A stretch of 64,000 nucleotides of DNA from Candidatus Thorarchaeota archaeon (GTDB lineage Archaea; Asgardarchaeota; Thorarchaeia; Thorarchaeales; Thorarchaeaceae): contig JBHLRP010000010.1 of NCBI GenBank assembly GCA_048882485.1, positions 8,431 to 72,430 on the forward strand, written 5' to 3'. The notes beneath the pieces were generated by a model. The model was not told the origin of the DNA, did no database searches, and was given only the letters and a program-made list of their open reading frames with translations. The number at the start of each line of letters is the position of its first letter. Position 1 is the stretch's first letter. Below, piece after piece: positions 1 through 10,120 of the stretch. The position numbers and the translations under genes are program-made.

Positions 1-618
1 ATGATGGGAAATGGAAAGAGAGCATTGGAATATGCAGATACTGCAATTGAGCAAGTTGGCGTATACAGACAAATGGGCCTCTTGCGCTCGCAAAAGGCAT
101 GGGCCCTGATCAATCTTGGTAGGACCGATGAGGCAAGAGATGAGCTTGAGAAATCCAAGAGGTTGGCAGCAAAATCTGGCTCGATTGACCTTCTGTTGAT
201 CTCGCAAATGGTTGAAGGCATTCTTGACAGGGCAGAGAATGATAAAGATAGCGCTGTACTCAACTTTGAGGAGGTCTTGAGAGCACAACAACGAAAGATT
301 CTCAACTGGTGGGAAATCACATGTGTTCTCAATCTTGTGGACATTGAGATTGAAAGGCTTTTGCCTAAATTGCTTGACATCGATGCCGAATCTTCTGGAC
401 CATGGATGCAGAAGCTGGAAGAATATGTGAAAGATACAGATGTTCCAGGCATAGCCGCCCGTACTTTGCTTCTCAAAGCAAAACTTCGTCAGAAACAAGG
501 GCGACATGATGAGGTTCGGAGTCTGTTGAAGGAGGTCCTAAAGACGGCTGAGTCGCCAAGCATGAGGTATCTCAAGGATACTGTTGTGTCAACCTTTCCG
601 GACATAATTATTAGCTAG
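1..618 (+). CDS. TPR-repeat protein (probably 5'-truncated by window edge)
   Basis: Helical TPR-like repeats (KAWALINLGRTDEARDELEKS; KAKLRQKQGRHDEVRSLL). Confidence 0.7.
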   Translation: MMGNGKRALEYADTAIEQVGVYRQMGLLRSQKAWALINLGRTDEARDELEKSKRLAAKSGSIDLLLISQMVEGILDRAENDKDSAVLNFEEVLRAQQRKILNWWEITCVLNLVDIEIERLLPKLLDIDAESSGPWMQKLEEYVKDTDVPGIAARTLLLKAKLRQKQGRHDEVRSLLKEVLKTAESPSMRYLKDTVVSTFPDIIIS

Positions 619-681
619 AACCAAGTGGCATGGGTTAATTCAGGATTGTGTGTCAGTGATTCGTGACTGGTTTCTCTAGCT

Positions 682-1368
682 CTATCGGAACCATTCGAGA
701 ATCTGCTCTCGCGGCACAAGTTGTCTTGATATTGTGTTCAGGATTTCTTCTGACATCTGCCCATTTCTCACAATCTGTCTACCAGCTTCATTGAGTGCTT
801 TCCCCACGTCATCAAAATTGGCACCTCTCTCCTCGCCCACGGGTATGAACCAAGCGCAAGGTCGAAGGACTGCACCAACAAACTCTTTGTTCATGTTTAG
901 GGCTGCAGCTTTCATGTGCATAACAAGAGGATTGAAGTTATCAAGTTCTGTGAAGCCACTGACTGAAACGAGAGCAATCTTGCTAGGCTTCGTTCCTTCC
1001 CTCAATGGATGACGACAATGATTATCCCGCAACTCCCACTTTCCTTCAAGGAGGGGAATTGAACGGTCCATGAATGTCTTCATTGGTCCAGTCATGCCAT
1101 CAACGTATACCGGTGTGGCGTATACAGTCAGATCGGCATTTGCAAGCTTCGGGAGTATGTCCTTCATATCATCGTCCTGAGCGCATACGCCTGGAGTCTT
1201 CCACCAACAGTCAAAGCAACCTCTACAGGGATTAATCTTCAGTCTTGGCAAATTGAGCACCTCAACACTGGCCCCGGCACTCTCCATGCCTTCAATGAAT
1301 GGTTTGAGCACACCTGCAGTTGCTCCTCTATTTCCCCTGGGGCTGCCATTGATGACCAGAACTTTCAT
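682..1368 (-). CDS. Iron-sulfur flavoprotein / flavodoxin family (NADPH-dependent FMN reductase-like)
   Basis: INGSPR, CRGCFDCW...C..DD, ATPVY motifs. Confidence 0.85.
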   Translation of the reverse strand: MKVLVINGSPRGNRGATAGVLKPFIEGMESAGASVEVLNLPRLKINPCRGCFDCWWKTPGVCAQDDDMKDILPKLANADLTVYATPVYVDGMTGPMKTFMDRSIPLLEGKWELRDNHCRHPLREGTKPSKIALVSVSGFTELDNFNPLVMHMKAAALNMNKEFVGAVLRPCAWFIPVGEERGANFDDVGKALNEAGRQIVRNGQMSEEILNTISRQLVPREQILEWFR

Positions 1369-1487
1369 GACTGAAACGACATTTGCGGTCTTATTGAAGG
1401 TGTCGGCACATCTCTACTCTGATTAATAAGTGAAAGATGCCATGGTAGATTGTTGAGAGGTATTCTTCGCATAAGAGGGAGATTTCT

Positions 1488-3317
1488 TTGCAAAGGAAAG
1501 ATGGAGTCCGCCGGATTGCGGCATTAATGACAATCTGTACACTCATTTTGCCTATGATACCGAATGCAGTGTCGTTTGATCTAGAGCCTGTAGGTGCATC
1601 CTATATCGCGACTGTTCCACATGACCCCTTTGTCATCATAGGGGATGCCAACTTCAGTGACACAGCTTCAGCTGAAGGATGGTCTGGCAATGGTGCCCCA
1701 GATTCACCTTATATCATTGAGAATCTTGAAATTACTCTAGGACCCTCTCCAGTTGCTGCCATTAGCATCACAGGCACGCGCGTGCACTTCATTATTCGTA
1801 GCTGTTCCCTCGCGGGTCCATTAGCTACGCCCTCCTACGGTGTTCATTTCGAAAACGTTGCTAATGGCCAAATTGATGATACGCAATGCAGTGGTTTCTC
1901 GACCGCAATAAACATCACCGGATGCGATAGCATCAACGTATCAAACAATAATTGCAGTAACAACTCAGATGGCATCCACATTCAGTCTTCAAACTCAAGC
2001 ACAGTCATCAATAACATCTGTAGTAACACTTTCATCATTGGGATTCAAATTCTCAGGTCAAATTCTAGCATTGTGAGTGGCAACACCTGCAATGACGGCG
2101 ATATCAATGGAATCTATCTGTACAATTGCAACTCAACAACTGCGAATGACAATGTGTGCAACAATAACAACTACGGCCTTTTCCTAAATACATGCAATTT
2201 CAGCACCGTGAATCGTAATACCTGCAATGAGAACGCATTATCTGGCATCTATCTGTACAGGTCTCACTCCAGTTCTGCGGCTAACAACACCTGCAACAGC
2301 AACAGAGAGGGCATGTATATCCAAGAGATGGAATCAAACTCTGTAACCGGGAACACCTGCTTCAACAATAGTCTCAGAGGCATTGCCCTTCAAGTGTGCG
2401 ATTTGACAAACTTGACCTTCAATACAGTTTCAAATACCACGAATCAATTCGGGCTCTATATTGATGGTCTGTCTGACAACAATGATGTCACTTGGAATGT
2501 ACTTGTTCATAATGTGTTTAACTGCATAGATGATGGAATAGGCAATGTATTCAACTATAACTATTGGTCCGATTACGGTGGTGTTGACAATTATGGAGAT
2601 GGAATTGGCGACACGGCATATGTTTTCGCCACCACGAATTCCGATCCCAAGCCGTTGATGTATTATCCATTTCCGCCAGAACTCGAGCAGGCTCCTGTTG
2701 ATCAAATCAGTGAGTTAGGGACATATTGGAGCTATGCACTTGACTTCATAGTCACAGCTACTACTGCACCGTATTATCTATCAGTCAACGATTCAGTGAA
2801 CTTCGTTGCTGGTTCTGACGATTCAATAGGTACCATGTTTTTCCTGCCAGTTGGAGCCTATCCAATTGAGGTTACGGCCACCAACATATATGGATTCATT
2901 ACCAAATGTACGTTCACTTTGTCCATCATTGATACAACTCCACCTATCATAACACATCCTGATGACATGAGCTACATCAAAGGAGAGAGTCCTCCCGAGA
3001 TCCAATGGAATGCACAGGACTTGAGCCTCATAGGCTATGTAGTGCTCCTAGACGGATCCGAGCTCACTTCATCAAATGGTGCAGTTTCAACTTCAGTATC
3101 ATTCGGAATGATACTGGAAGACAAGGAGCCTGGAACCTATAATTACACCATGGTTGTAGAAGATGTGTGGGGAAACATGGCATTTGACACAGTCATAGTC
3201 ACAGTGCATCCAGTCCCGCTTCTGGAAGCACTTCTTCCATGGCTTGTTATCGGTGCCGCAGCTGTTGTTATAGTAATTGTGTCATTTGTGATCCTCAGGA
3301 GGCGGAAATCGTCCTAG
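1488..3317 (+). CDS. Cell-surface parallel beta-helix (NosD/CASH-like) protein with Ig-like domains and C-terminal membrane anchor
   Basis: Signal peptide; GNG..DSPYIIENL; NNxCxxN-GI repeats; DTTPPII; C-terminal TM followed by RRRK. Confidence 0.8.
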   Translation: MQRKDGVRRIAALMTICTLILPMIPNAVSFDLEPVGASYIATVPHDPFVIIGDANFSDTASAEGWSGNGAPDSPYIIENLEITLGPSPVAAISITGTRVHFIIRSCSLAGPLATPSYGVHFENVANGQIDDTQCSGFSTAINITGCDSINVSNNNCSNNSDGIHIQSSNSSTVINNICSNTFIIGIQILRSNSSIVSGNTCNDGDINGIYLYNCNSTTANDNVCNNNNYGLFLNTCNFSTVNRNTCNENALSGIYLYRSHSSSAANNTCNSNREGMYIQEMESNSVTGNTCFNNSLRGIALQVCDLTNLTFNTVSNTTNQFGLYIDGLSDNNDVTWNVLVHNVFNCIDDGIGNVFNYNYWSDYGGVDNYGDGIGDTAYVFATTNSDPKPLMYYPFPPELEQAPVDQISELGTYWSYALDFIVTATTAPYYLSVNDSVNFVAGSDDSIGTMFFLPVGAYPIEVTATNIYGFITKCTFTLSIIDTTPPIITHPDDMSYIKGESPPEIQWNAQDLSLIGYVVLLDGSELTSSNGAVSTSVSFGMILEDKEPGTYNYTMVVEDVWGNMAFDTVIVTVHPVPLLEALLPWLVIGAAAVVIVIVSFVILRRRKSS

Positions 3318-3391
3318 CAGATTCTGTCGTTTGATAGCATGTATCGAAGAATTGATTTGCTACGATTAATCCATTGGCCTGAAGAATTGAA

Positions 3392-4012
3392 ATGCCAAAC
3401 ATCTTCACTACTAGAGTTTTGAAACGATTTGAGAAGCAGGTGCCTGAGCTCAAGAGCGCTCTAGCGAAATCAGAGATGAAGCTAGTACCAACACTTACAC
3501 CTCCATTTGAGATGCTTGTCAGATCAATTGTCTACCAGCAGCTCGCCTATAAGGCTGCAAAGACCATTCATGATCGAATGCTGGGACTCGTTGGAAAACT
3601 CACTCCAACATCGATGTTGGCGAAAAGTCAAGAAGAGCTTAGAACCGTGGGGCTCTCTCGCCAGAAAGCCTCTTACCTGCATAACGTTGCCAACGCCTTC
3701 AAGAGAGGGGGCTCTCTTTGGAGGTACAGGAAGATTGAGTCATTGAAGTCCCTGTCGTCTGAAGAGATAACCACTCTATTCACAGCGATTAAGGGAGTGG
3801 GGGAATGGACGGTCCAGATGTACCTAATTTTCTCATTGGGCCGTCTAGATGTTCTATCCGCCAGCGACCTAGGTGTTCGAAAGGGTGTGCAGAAGTTGTA
3901 TGGACTTCAGGAAATGCCAACGCCTAAGCAGGTAAAAGCCATTGCAGAGAAGTGGCATCCTCTGGAGACCGTAGGGACCTACCTTGCATGGCGTGTCCTT
4001 GAGAACGATTAG
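3392..4012 (+). CDS. alkA: DNA-3-methyladenine glycosylase II (HhH-GPD)
   Basis: SIVYQQL, GLSRQKA, IKGVGEWT, DLGVRKG. Confidence 0.85.
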   Translation: MPNIFTTRVLKRFEKQVPELKSALAKSEMKLVPTLTPPFEMLVRSIVYQQLAYKAAKTIHDRMLGLVGKLTPTSMLAKSQEELRTVGLSRQKASYLHNVANAFKRGGSLWRYRKIESLKSLSSEEITTLFTAIKGVGEWTVQMYLIFSLGRLDVLSASDLGVRKGVQKLYGLQEMPTPKQVKAIAEKWHPLETVGTYLAWRVLEND

Positions 4013-4055
4013 ACAGCGTCTTTGCGTCTAGAATTTAAGATATGGATGTTGCCAG

Positions 4056-4754
4056 TTGAAGCATCTGTTGGTGAAAGGCATGACTGACAATAGCATTCGG
4101 CTCAAGATGGCTTCAGTCTTCGTGTTCATCGGGTTCCTGATGACGCTAGGGCTGACAGCTGTGACCCTCATGTCACCAGGAGGTTCACAGCTACATGAGG
4201 CAATGGACCCTCAGGTCATAATTGATGACCTCTCTAGTGCTACCGCAGCAGACGTCGATATCCGTCTGGCAGGCATTGTGTTCGACACGTTCTTCATGGT
4301 CGGCTATATGGCTGTCTTCTACGGTCTCTATGTGCTGACGAAGGATAAGGAGGCGTTCTTTCCAAAACTGGCACTCGCTCTTGGCCTTACAACTGGCTTT
4401 TGTGATCTCGTTGAGAACGCAATCCAAGTGGCTTTATTCAATGGAATTCCTGCAGGATGGAGTCCTGATGGACTGTATTTCGCCACTCTGTGGTCATTCA
4501 CCTTCGTGAAGGACTTGACAAGCTACATGGCTGGCATGGTGTTCATAGTCCTGTTAATGCTCACGTTGAGTGACCCGCCTAATCTGAGGTCAAGCAAGCT
4601 GACCCTGGCTATACTCGTGGGACTATATGTGGTGATTGGCTCAATTGCAATAGTCGAAAGCTCATTCCTTCTGGTGAGAAACCTGAGCTTCATGATAGAT
4701 ATGCTGTTGGGCTCGTTAATCCTATTTCGAGTATCAAATACGTTGGTTCCATAA
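4056..4754 (+). CDS. Multi-pass membrane protein of unknown function
   Basis: About 6 hydrophobic segments; D..EN motif; start may be ATG at 4080. Confidence 0.6.
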   Translation: MKHLLVKGMTDNSIRLKMASVFVFIGFLMTLGLTAVTLMSPGGSQLHEAMDPQVIIDDLSSATAADVDIRLAGIVFDTFFMVGYMAVFYGLYVLTKDKEAFFPKLALALGLTTGFCDLVENAIQVALFNGIPAGWSPDGLYFATLWSFTFVKDLTSYMAGMVFIVLLMLTLSDPPNLRSSKLTLAILVGLYVVIGSIAIVESSFLLVRNLSFMIDMLLGSLILFRVSNTLVP

Positions 4755-4785
4755 TGGCGACTGATGAGCGAGTTCTTATTGTAGA

Positions 4786-5472
4786 CTACTCTGCAGTAGA
4801 CTCCTCATCCCATTCATACCCATAAGTCTTCCATATCTCGAGCAGGGAAGGATTCCTACTCAGATAGTCATACGCTATGGCTTTTGGTACTTTGTTCATA
4901 ACACAGGACAAATTGACGCATTTGGCACAATAGCTGTCTGCAAGAAACCTGCCCAGATAGACGGATCCGATGAGCATTGCAAGAGTAAGGGCAATCATCA
5001 ATGCTATAGAGGTCAGACCAGCTCCTTCTGAGATGAGCACCCAAACTCCGAAGCCACCCGCTACGATGGGAAATAAATCGATAAATCCTCCAACCGCCAT
5101 CATAGCATATTGCTCAGGTCTCCTTATCGGCGCCGGGTCATAGTTCCATAGCCTTGGTATTCCTTTCAGCGTGATGCAATAGAGAGTCTTGCCATCCTTC
5201 GAATAGAAGGGGCAATGTCTACACAAATACCATGTTTCAATCAAAGTGAAGTTTAGAACAGTTACAAGCGCAAAGACTAGAAATGGCCAAATCGAATTAA
5301 CAGCGAGAGATGCAAAACCTGTGACAGCAAAGCCCAAGAGGCGAAAGGGAATATGACGACTGCGAAAACAAGACACTAGCTTATCGTCATATCTGCAATT
5401 CAGGTCCTCTGAAAGGCTGCAGTCTTCACAGATTGACTCGTCTTTCCAAGTGCATGGAGTTGTCTTTTCCAT
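4786..5472 (-). CDS. Cys-rich four-TM membrane protein
   Basis: Cys clusters (C..CEDC..C; CRHCPFY..C; CAKCVNLSC) flanking TM pairs. Confidence 0.6.
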   Translation of the reverse strand: MEKTTPCTWKDESICEDCSLSEDLNCRYDDKLVSCFRSRHIPFRLLGFAVTGFASLAVNSIWPFLVFALVTVLNFTLIETWYLCRHCPFYSKDGKTLYCITLKGIPRLWNYDPAPIRRPEQYAMMAVGGFIDLFPIVAGGFGVWVLISEGAGLTSIALMIALTLAMLIGSVYLGRFLADSYCAKCVNLSCVMNKVPKAIAYDYLSRNPSLLEIWKTYGYEWDEESTAE

Positions 5473-5596
5473 TCTGAGCCCTTCAGCTGCTTCATGTAGT
5501 ATCCAGATACTTTAGAGTTCCCTTTTCATGTCCATTTCCACTCATCTATAAGTCAGAGCACTCTTCCATGAACATGGCTTGAGCCATTAGGCTAAG

Positions 5597-6790
5597 ATGG
5601 GAGTATCAACAATGAATAACAAGAAGCGAAAGGCTTCCACATTATGCGTCCAAGGCACTGAAGCCCAAAAGTCCGGACCAGCGGTGGTGCCGATTGTTCA
5701 AACATCAACATTTGTCTTCGAGGACCAAACCGACATGGTTGATTCCGTCACTGGCAAATCCGGGAAAGATGTGTATACGCGTTGGAGCAATCCTACAACA
5801 CGAAATGTGGAGGCAAAGATTAGCTCACTTGAAGGAACTGAAGACACGCTAGCGCTTTCATCAGGAATGGCTGCAATTTCTACTGCCATAATTGGCCTTG
5901 TGAAGGGTGGTGAACGAATCCTATCGAGCGAATCAATCTATGGCGGCACCGTCCACTTCTTCGATGAGGTGCTTCCTCAATATGGTATTCAAGTCGACTA
6001 TGCCGAAACAGATGATTTCCATGATCATGTGATGGCATCAGGAGACAAGTACAAGCTATGTTTCTTTGAAACTCCCACAAATCCAACTCTCAAGATAGTT
6101 GACATTGAAAAAGTGGCAGATGCAGCACGTGCCACAGGGTCAATCAGTATGATTGACAGCACATTCGGGACTCCTATCAATCAGAGGCCTCATGAACTTG
6201 GTATCGACATTGTCATGCACAGTGCCACCAAATACCTTGGCGGCCATAGTGACATTATCGCTGGAACCCTTTCAGGCTCCAAAGAGACCATGGCCAGGAT
6301 TCGTAGTGCTGCGAAGCTTCTAGGGGGGACCATGGATCCCTTTGCTGCATTCCTACTCGATAGAGGAATCAAGACCTTGGCAGTTCGTGTTGAGAAGCAT
6401 AATTACAATGCATCATTCTTGGCAGAAGAGATGTCCAAAGACTCGAGAGTTAGGCGTGTTCATTACCCAGGCCTTCCTGGGCATCCAAATCATTCAGTTG
6501 CTAAGAAACAGATGCGAGGATTTGGAGGTATGCTCTCAATTGAATTGGATTGTGACCTAGAGGCTGCTAAGACCTTCGTTGATTCACTGGATATATTCCT
6601 CAACGCTGTGTCACTTGGCGGCGTAGAGAGCCTAGCCAGTATTCCTGCTTTGTCCACTCACTATGGCCTAGATTCAGATGTTCTTGCTGAAATGGGGATC
6701 TCAGAATCTACGATCCGATTGTCTGTTGGAATTGAGGATTCCAACGATTTGTTGCTTGACCTCAAGAATACTCTTGACAAGACATGTTGA
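5597..6790 (+). CDS. Cys/Met metabolism PLP enzyme (cystathionine gamma-lyase/synthase or methionine gamma-lyase)
   Basis: YTRWSNPT, SSGMAAI, ETPTNP, HSATKYLGGHSD, SLGGVESL, IRLSVGIE. Confidence 0.92.
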   Translation: MGVSTMNNKKRKASTLCVQGTEAQKSGPAVVPIVQTSTFVFEDQTDMVDSVTGKSGKDVYTRWSNPTTRNVEAKISSLEGTEDTLALSSGMAAISTAIIGLVKGGERILSSESIYGGTVHFFDEVLPQYGIQVDYAETDDFHDHVMASGDKYKLCFFETPTNPTLKIVDIEKVADAARATGSISMIDSTFGTPINQRPHELGIDIVMHSATKYLGGHSDIIAGTLSGSKETMARIRSAAKLLGGTMDPFAAFLLDRGIKTLAVRVEKHNYNASFLAEEMSKDSRVRRVHYPGLPGHPNHSVAKKQMRGFGGMLSIELDCDLEAAKTFVDSLDIFLNAVSLGGVESLASIPALSTHYGLDSDVLAEMGISESTIRLSVGIEDSNDLLLDLKNTLDKTC

Positions 6791-6993
6791 GCCTGCCAGA
6801 ATGGCCGTTTGTTAAGTTGTCGCGTGACCTCCAAGACACCTCCGAATCTCCAATGGAAAAGAACCCGAGTAGAGTTGATGTGATTCTGGAAGACCTTGCA
6901 CAGGGCTAAGCTAGACGCTTAATCTCGCAAGATTATTGGTGGAGAGTTTTTCTACAATCCCCTATATACTCACTTCCAACTGGATTTCTTGCA

Positions 6994-7332
6994 ATGACTG
7001 TCTGGACCCATCAATCCCTATATGACTTTGCAGAGTGCAAGACACCTTGCGGAAAAACCGGCTGTATCACACTTTATACTGGTGATGGCTGCTTCTTCTG
7101 CGACGCTGCTTGGGAGATATTGAAGGAGGTCGTTTCTGACTTCAGTCTTCCATACGAAGCGATATCTTTGATCAATGCCGACTCTGTCAACCCGGAGAAG
7201 CTTGATTTGACTGGACCATTGGGTCTCCCAACTATACAAATCTGTGGGGAAGTAATAGTAGGAATTCCAGACGTTGACCACATCAGAGGAGCCATCATGC
7301 ATGCGGTCCTAAGGCAATGCTTCACCGAATGA
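6994..7332 (+). CDS. Thioredoxin/glutaredoxin-fold protein
   Basis: LYTGDGCFFC (CxxC) and cis-Pro motif GLPTI; extra N-terminal Cys residues. Confidence 0.65.
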   Translation: MTVWTHQSLYDFAECKTPCGKTGCITLYTGDGCFFCDAAWEILKEVVSDFSLPYEAISLINADSVNPEKLDLTGPLGLPTIQICGEVIVGIPDVDHIRGAIMHAVLRQCFTE

Positions 7333-7333
7333 C

Positions 7334-8359
7334 TCATGACAATTGCAGATTCTTGTTGTATGCTCTTTCAATCTCATTGAGCAAGGCTTTCTTCTTGGAA
7401 TCTGATAGAAAGGCGGACCTGATTCCATTCTGTGTAAGTAAGTAGAGATCCGACAGAGAGAATCCAAGCTTGTCATGAAGTTGCTTATATTCGAATGAAA
7501 TGTCAGTGTCAAAGAATGCAGGGTCATCGCTATTCACGGTAACGAGGAGACCTCTATCATAGAATTCTCTGATTGGATGTTCTTCTATTGAAGAAACTAC
7601 CCCTGTTCTCACGTTACTTACTGGGCATGATTCAATAGCTATTCCATGTTCCTTGATATGGTCCATCAATTTGGTGTCATTAGATGCTGACGTACCATGG
7701 CCAATCCGTTCTATGCCCAGATACTTAATCGCATCCCATATTGATTCGGGTCCTTCTGCCTCTCCTGCATGCGCAACAAGATGCAATCCCATCTTTCGGG
7801 CCTCTTCGTAGACAGGAGCAAATGGCTCTGCAGGAAACTTGTGTTCACTGCCACCAAGGTCCACAGAAACAATGCTGTCAAGTCTATCTCGAATCAAATC
7901 TAGGACTTCCAAACCTGATTCAGGTCCATAATTCCTAACAAGGTCGATTCTCAAATCTGCTTCAATCCCCTCCTTCCGCTTCGCGCGACGTAAACCTCTG
8001 CTTATTGCATCGATCATTGCATTGAATTCAAGCCCCTTTCTCATGTGGTCTGGAGCTGAGAAGCTAATTTCTGCATAACGGACGTTGTGGGCTGCAAGGT
8101 CCTCAAGCATCTCATACGCAAGTCGCTCGAACTGCTTCTCCTTAGTTATGTAGGTGACTACTTCTCCATAAACAGAGATAAAGTGACCAAAGTCTTGATA
8201 TTGAAAAAGCTGTGCCAGATCTGCCTCTGACCTGTAAGGGGTTTCAATTCCAGCTTCATCTATGAACTGAAGCAATGTCTGAGGTCTTATGGTGCCAAGC
8301 AGGTGTATATGGAGTTCTGCCTTTGGGAGCGCTGCGATTGCCTTGTGAATATTCATCAA
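7334..8359 (-). CDS. add: Adenosine/adenine deaminase
   Basis: PKAELHIH, HAGE, RIGHG, CPVSN, VNSDDP. Confidence 0.92.
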   Translation of the reverse strand: MMNIHKAIAALPKAELHIHLLGTIRPQTLLQFIDEAGIETPYRSEADLAQLFQYQDFGHFISVYGEVVTYITKEKQFERLAYEMLEDLAAHNVRYAEISFSAPDHMRKGLEFNAMIDAISRGLRRAKRKEGIEADLRIDLVRNYGPESGLEVLDLIRDRLDSIVSVDLGGSEHKFPAEPFAPVYEEARKMGLHLVAHAGEAEGPESIWDAIKYLGIERIGHGTSASNDTKLMDHIKEHGIAIESCPVSNVRTGVVSSIEEHPIREFYDRGLLVTVNSDDPAFFDTDISFEYKQLHDKLGFSLSDLYLLTQNGIRSAFLSDSKKKALLNEIERAYNKNLQLS

Positions 8360-8482
8360 TCGCTTTGATTCAGAGTCCGCGATAAGTCATTCTGTCATCT
8401 AGCACTATAGATGTGAGGTCCTCTCGGTTCCCACAGGAGCAAGAGGACCTATTGAGGAGTGCGAATATAATCAAACAAGCGC

Positions 8483-8767
8483 TTAGACTCGGAGATGCAA
8501 TGTAGCAATTGATTTCCAAATTTCAATTTCCTTTCTAAGCTTCTGAACCCTGGCTACATCTGCGTGATAAAGCGGTTTACGCATATCCTGGAAATTCGCA
8601 ACCTTATGACAAAGATCCTGTTTCAAGAGATTTCGGAGTGCCAAAGTCACCGTTCTGGGAGCGAGTCCCACCCTAGTTGCAATCTCCTGTGGGTACATCG
8701 GACCGTCAGAAGCCAATGTGTCTAATATCACAATTGAGCTTCTAGTAAGATTGAAAGGCAGGCGCAT
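8483..8767 (-). CDS. Small winged-helix (MarR/ArsR-like) regulator
   Basis: GPMYPQEIATRVGLAPRTVTLALRNL HTH followed by wing. Confidence 0.7.
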   Translation of the reverse strand: MRLPFNLTRSSIVILDTLASDGPMYPQEIATRVGLAPRTVTLALRNLLKQDLCHKVANFQDMRKPLYHADVARVQKLRKEIEIWKSIATLHLRV

Positions 8768-8937
8768 CAGTTATCACCGTCAGGCGTATTATAGCAACTC
8801 TCGGCCATATTAAGGCCATCGTGTTGCCACAAACACTTGCTCAACCTCAGTAGAGTCATTTTATTTTTTATAAGCGTTGCCAATGAAGTAATCTTTTGGT
8901 GCTTAGAAACACATCGTTAAATGAGAAACTCCGTTGA

Positions 8938-10053
8938 TTGGCCGTCGGAAGTGATTTTCTGACACACGAGATGGCTTTAGACAAGAAAGACCTGGCCATC
9001 ATTGGAGCGCTCGACAGGGTTGGCGCAAAAGTATCAGCGGAGCAGCTGGGTGAAGTATTGGGCATTCCATCTCGAACTGTCCGATATCGCCTCTCCAAGC
9101 TTAGGAAGAAAGGGCTCCTATATCCACCGAGAGCATTGATACATGAGAGAAAGGTTGGTCTCGGTGAGTCAGTAATCTGTATGAAGGTCACAAAACTAGG
9201 GGCTATGCACCTTCCAGATATCATAGACACATTGCCATCAATCTACTGGATGACTGAGTCCTATGGGGCATATGATGGCTTTATGGTCCATGGTGTTTAC
9301 CCTCTAGAACTGGTCGATAACATCCCCTCATTAATGAGTACATTGGCCAAAGAGGGACTTGTGCTAGACTATCACATATTTGACATTGTGGACTACGAAC
9401 ATAAGCTGGCGAATTACGAACATCTAACAACAGATATTCACTGGGATTGGGACTGGAAGTCCTGGTACAAGATAATCAAGAGAAATCTGAAGCGCAAATC
9501 CAAATTCATAATCAAGATGGACGAGAGCCCTCATGTTGTCAAATTTGATTCAACGGATCTCGCCCTCCTGAAATATCTAATCAATAACGGAGAGTCCACG
9601 CAACGACAGCTGGCTGAAACCCTATCAATGTCCGAAACTCGGGCCACGAAAAGGCTCCAAAGGCTGGAAACAACTGGTGTGATAAAGGGCTACAAGTCAA
9701 CTCGCATTCCGGCGAGCAATCAATTCTCACATAGTTTGTTTCTTGAGCTAGAAGAGCCTGTTGAACGAGTTCTGTCGAGCTTTTATGAGCTTCCCTTTCC
9801 TTTGCATATTATGATGGAGTCGAGGACCCGCTTTTGCATTCAATTCCGTCTAAATGCATCAGATTATACTGGATTTCTGATGGGTTTTGATTTATTGCGA
9901 CCACACATGAGTTCCTATTTCTTTCAGACAATGCATAATCCTCGCCGAACCAGTTCTCCCCACCCTCTGGAATTGTATAATGCCGAATTGGAGAGGTGGG
10001 AGATTCCAGAAGACTCACTTGATGTCATACGTTATCAAATTGAGAGTCGTTGA
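8938..10053 (+). CDS. Lrp/AsnC-like regulator with two HTH domains
   Basis: LDKKDLAII...LGIPSRTVRYRL and FDSTDLALL...QRQLAETL...RLETTGVIKGY; start probably ATG 8971. Confidence 0.75.
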   Translation: MAVGSDFLTHEMALDKKDLAIIGALDRVGAKVSAEQLGEVLGIPSRTVRYRLSKLRKKGLLYPPRALIHERKVGLGESVICMKVTKLGAMHLPDIIDTLPSIYWMTESYGAYDGFMVHGVYPLELVDNIPSLMSTLAKEGLVLDYHIFDIVDYEHKLANYEHLTTDIHWDWDWKSWYKIIKRNLKRKSKFIIKMDESPHVVKFDSTDLALLKYLINNGESTQRQLAETLSMSETRATKRLQRLETTGVIKGYKSTRIPASNQFSHSLFLELEEPVERVLSSFYELPFPLHIMMESRTRFCIQFRLNASDYTGFLMGFDLLRPHMSSYFFQTMHNPRRTSSPHPLELYNAELERWEIPEDSLDVIRYQIESR

Positions 10054-10120
10054 AAATACTGAAATATGAGGTCCAAAGGAGCTTCTCTTGCTTCATATCT
10101 GATCGCTTGGAGGAAGTATC

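Noticed and set aside
1900-2560. Repetitive AAC/TGC-rich DNA resembling a repeat array
   Set aside because: It is explained by the encoded beta-helix repeats, with no identical repeats and spacers, so it is not CRISPR.
6785-6882. Cys-TGA at the end of the Cys/Met lyase, read as a possible C-U motif
   Set aside because: The protein is already full length for its family, the extension looks non-coding, and I found no SECIS-like structure.
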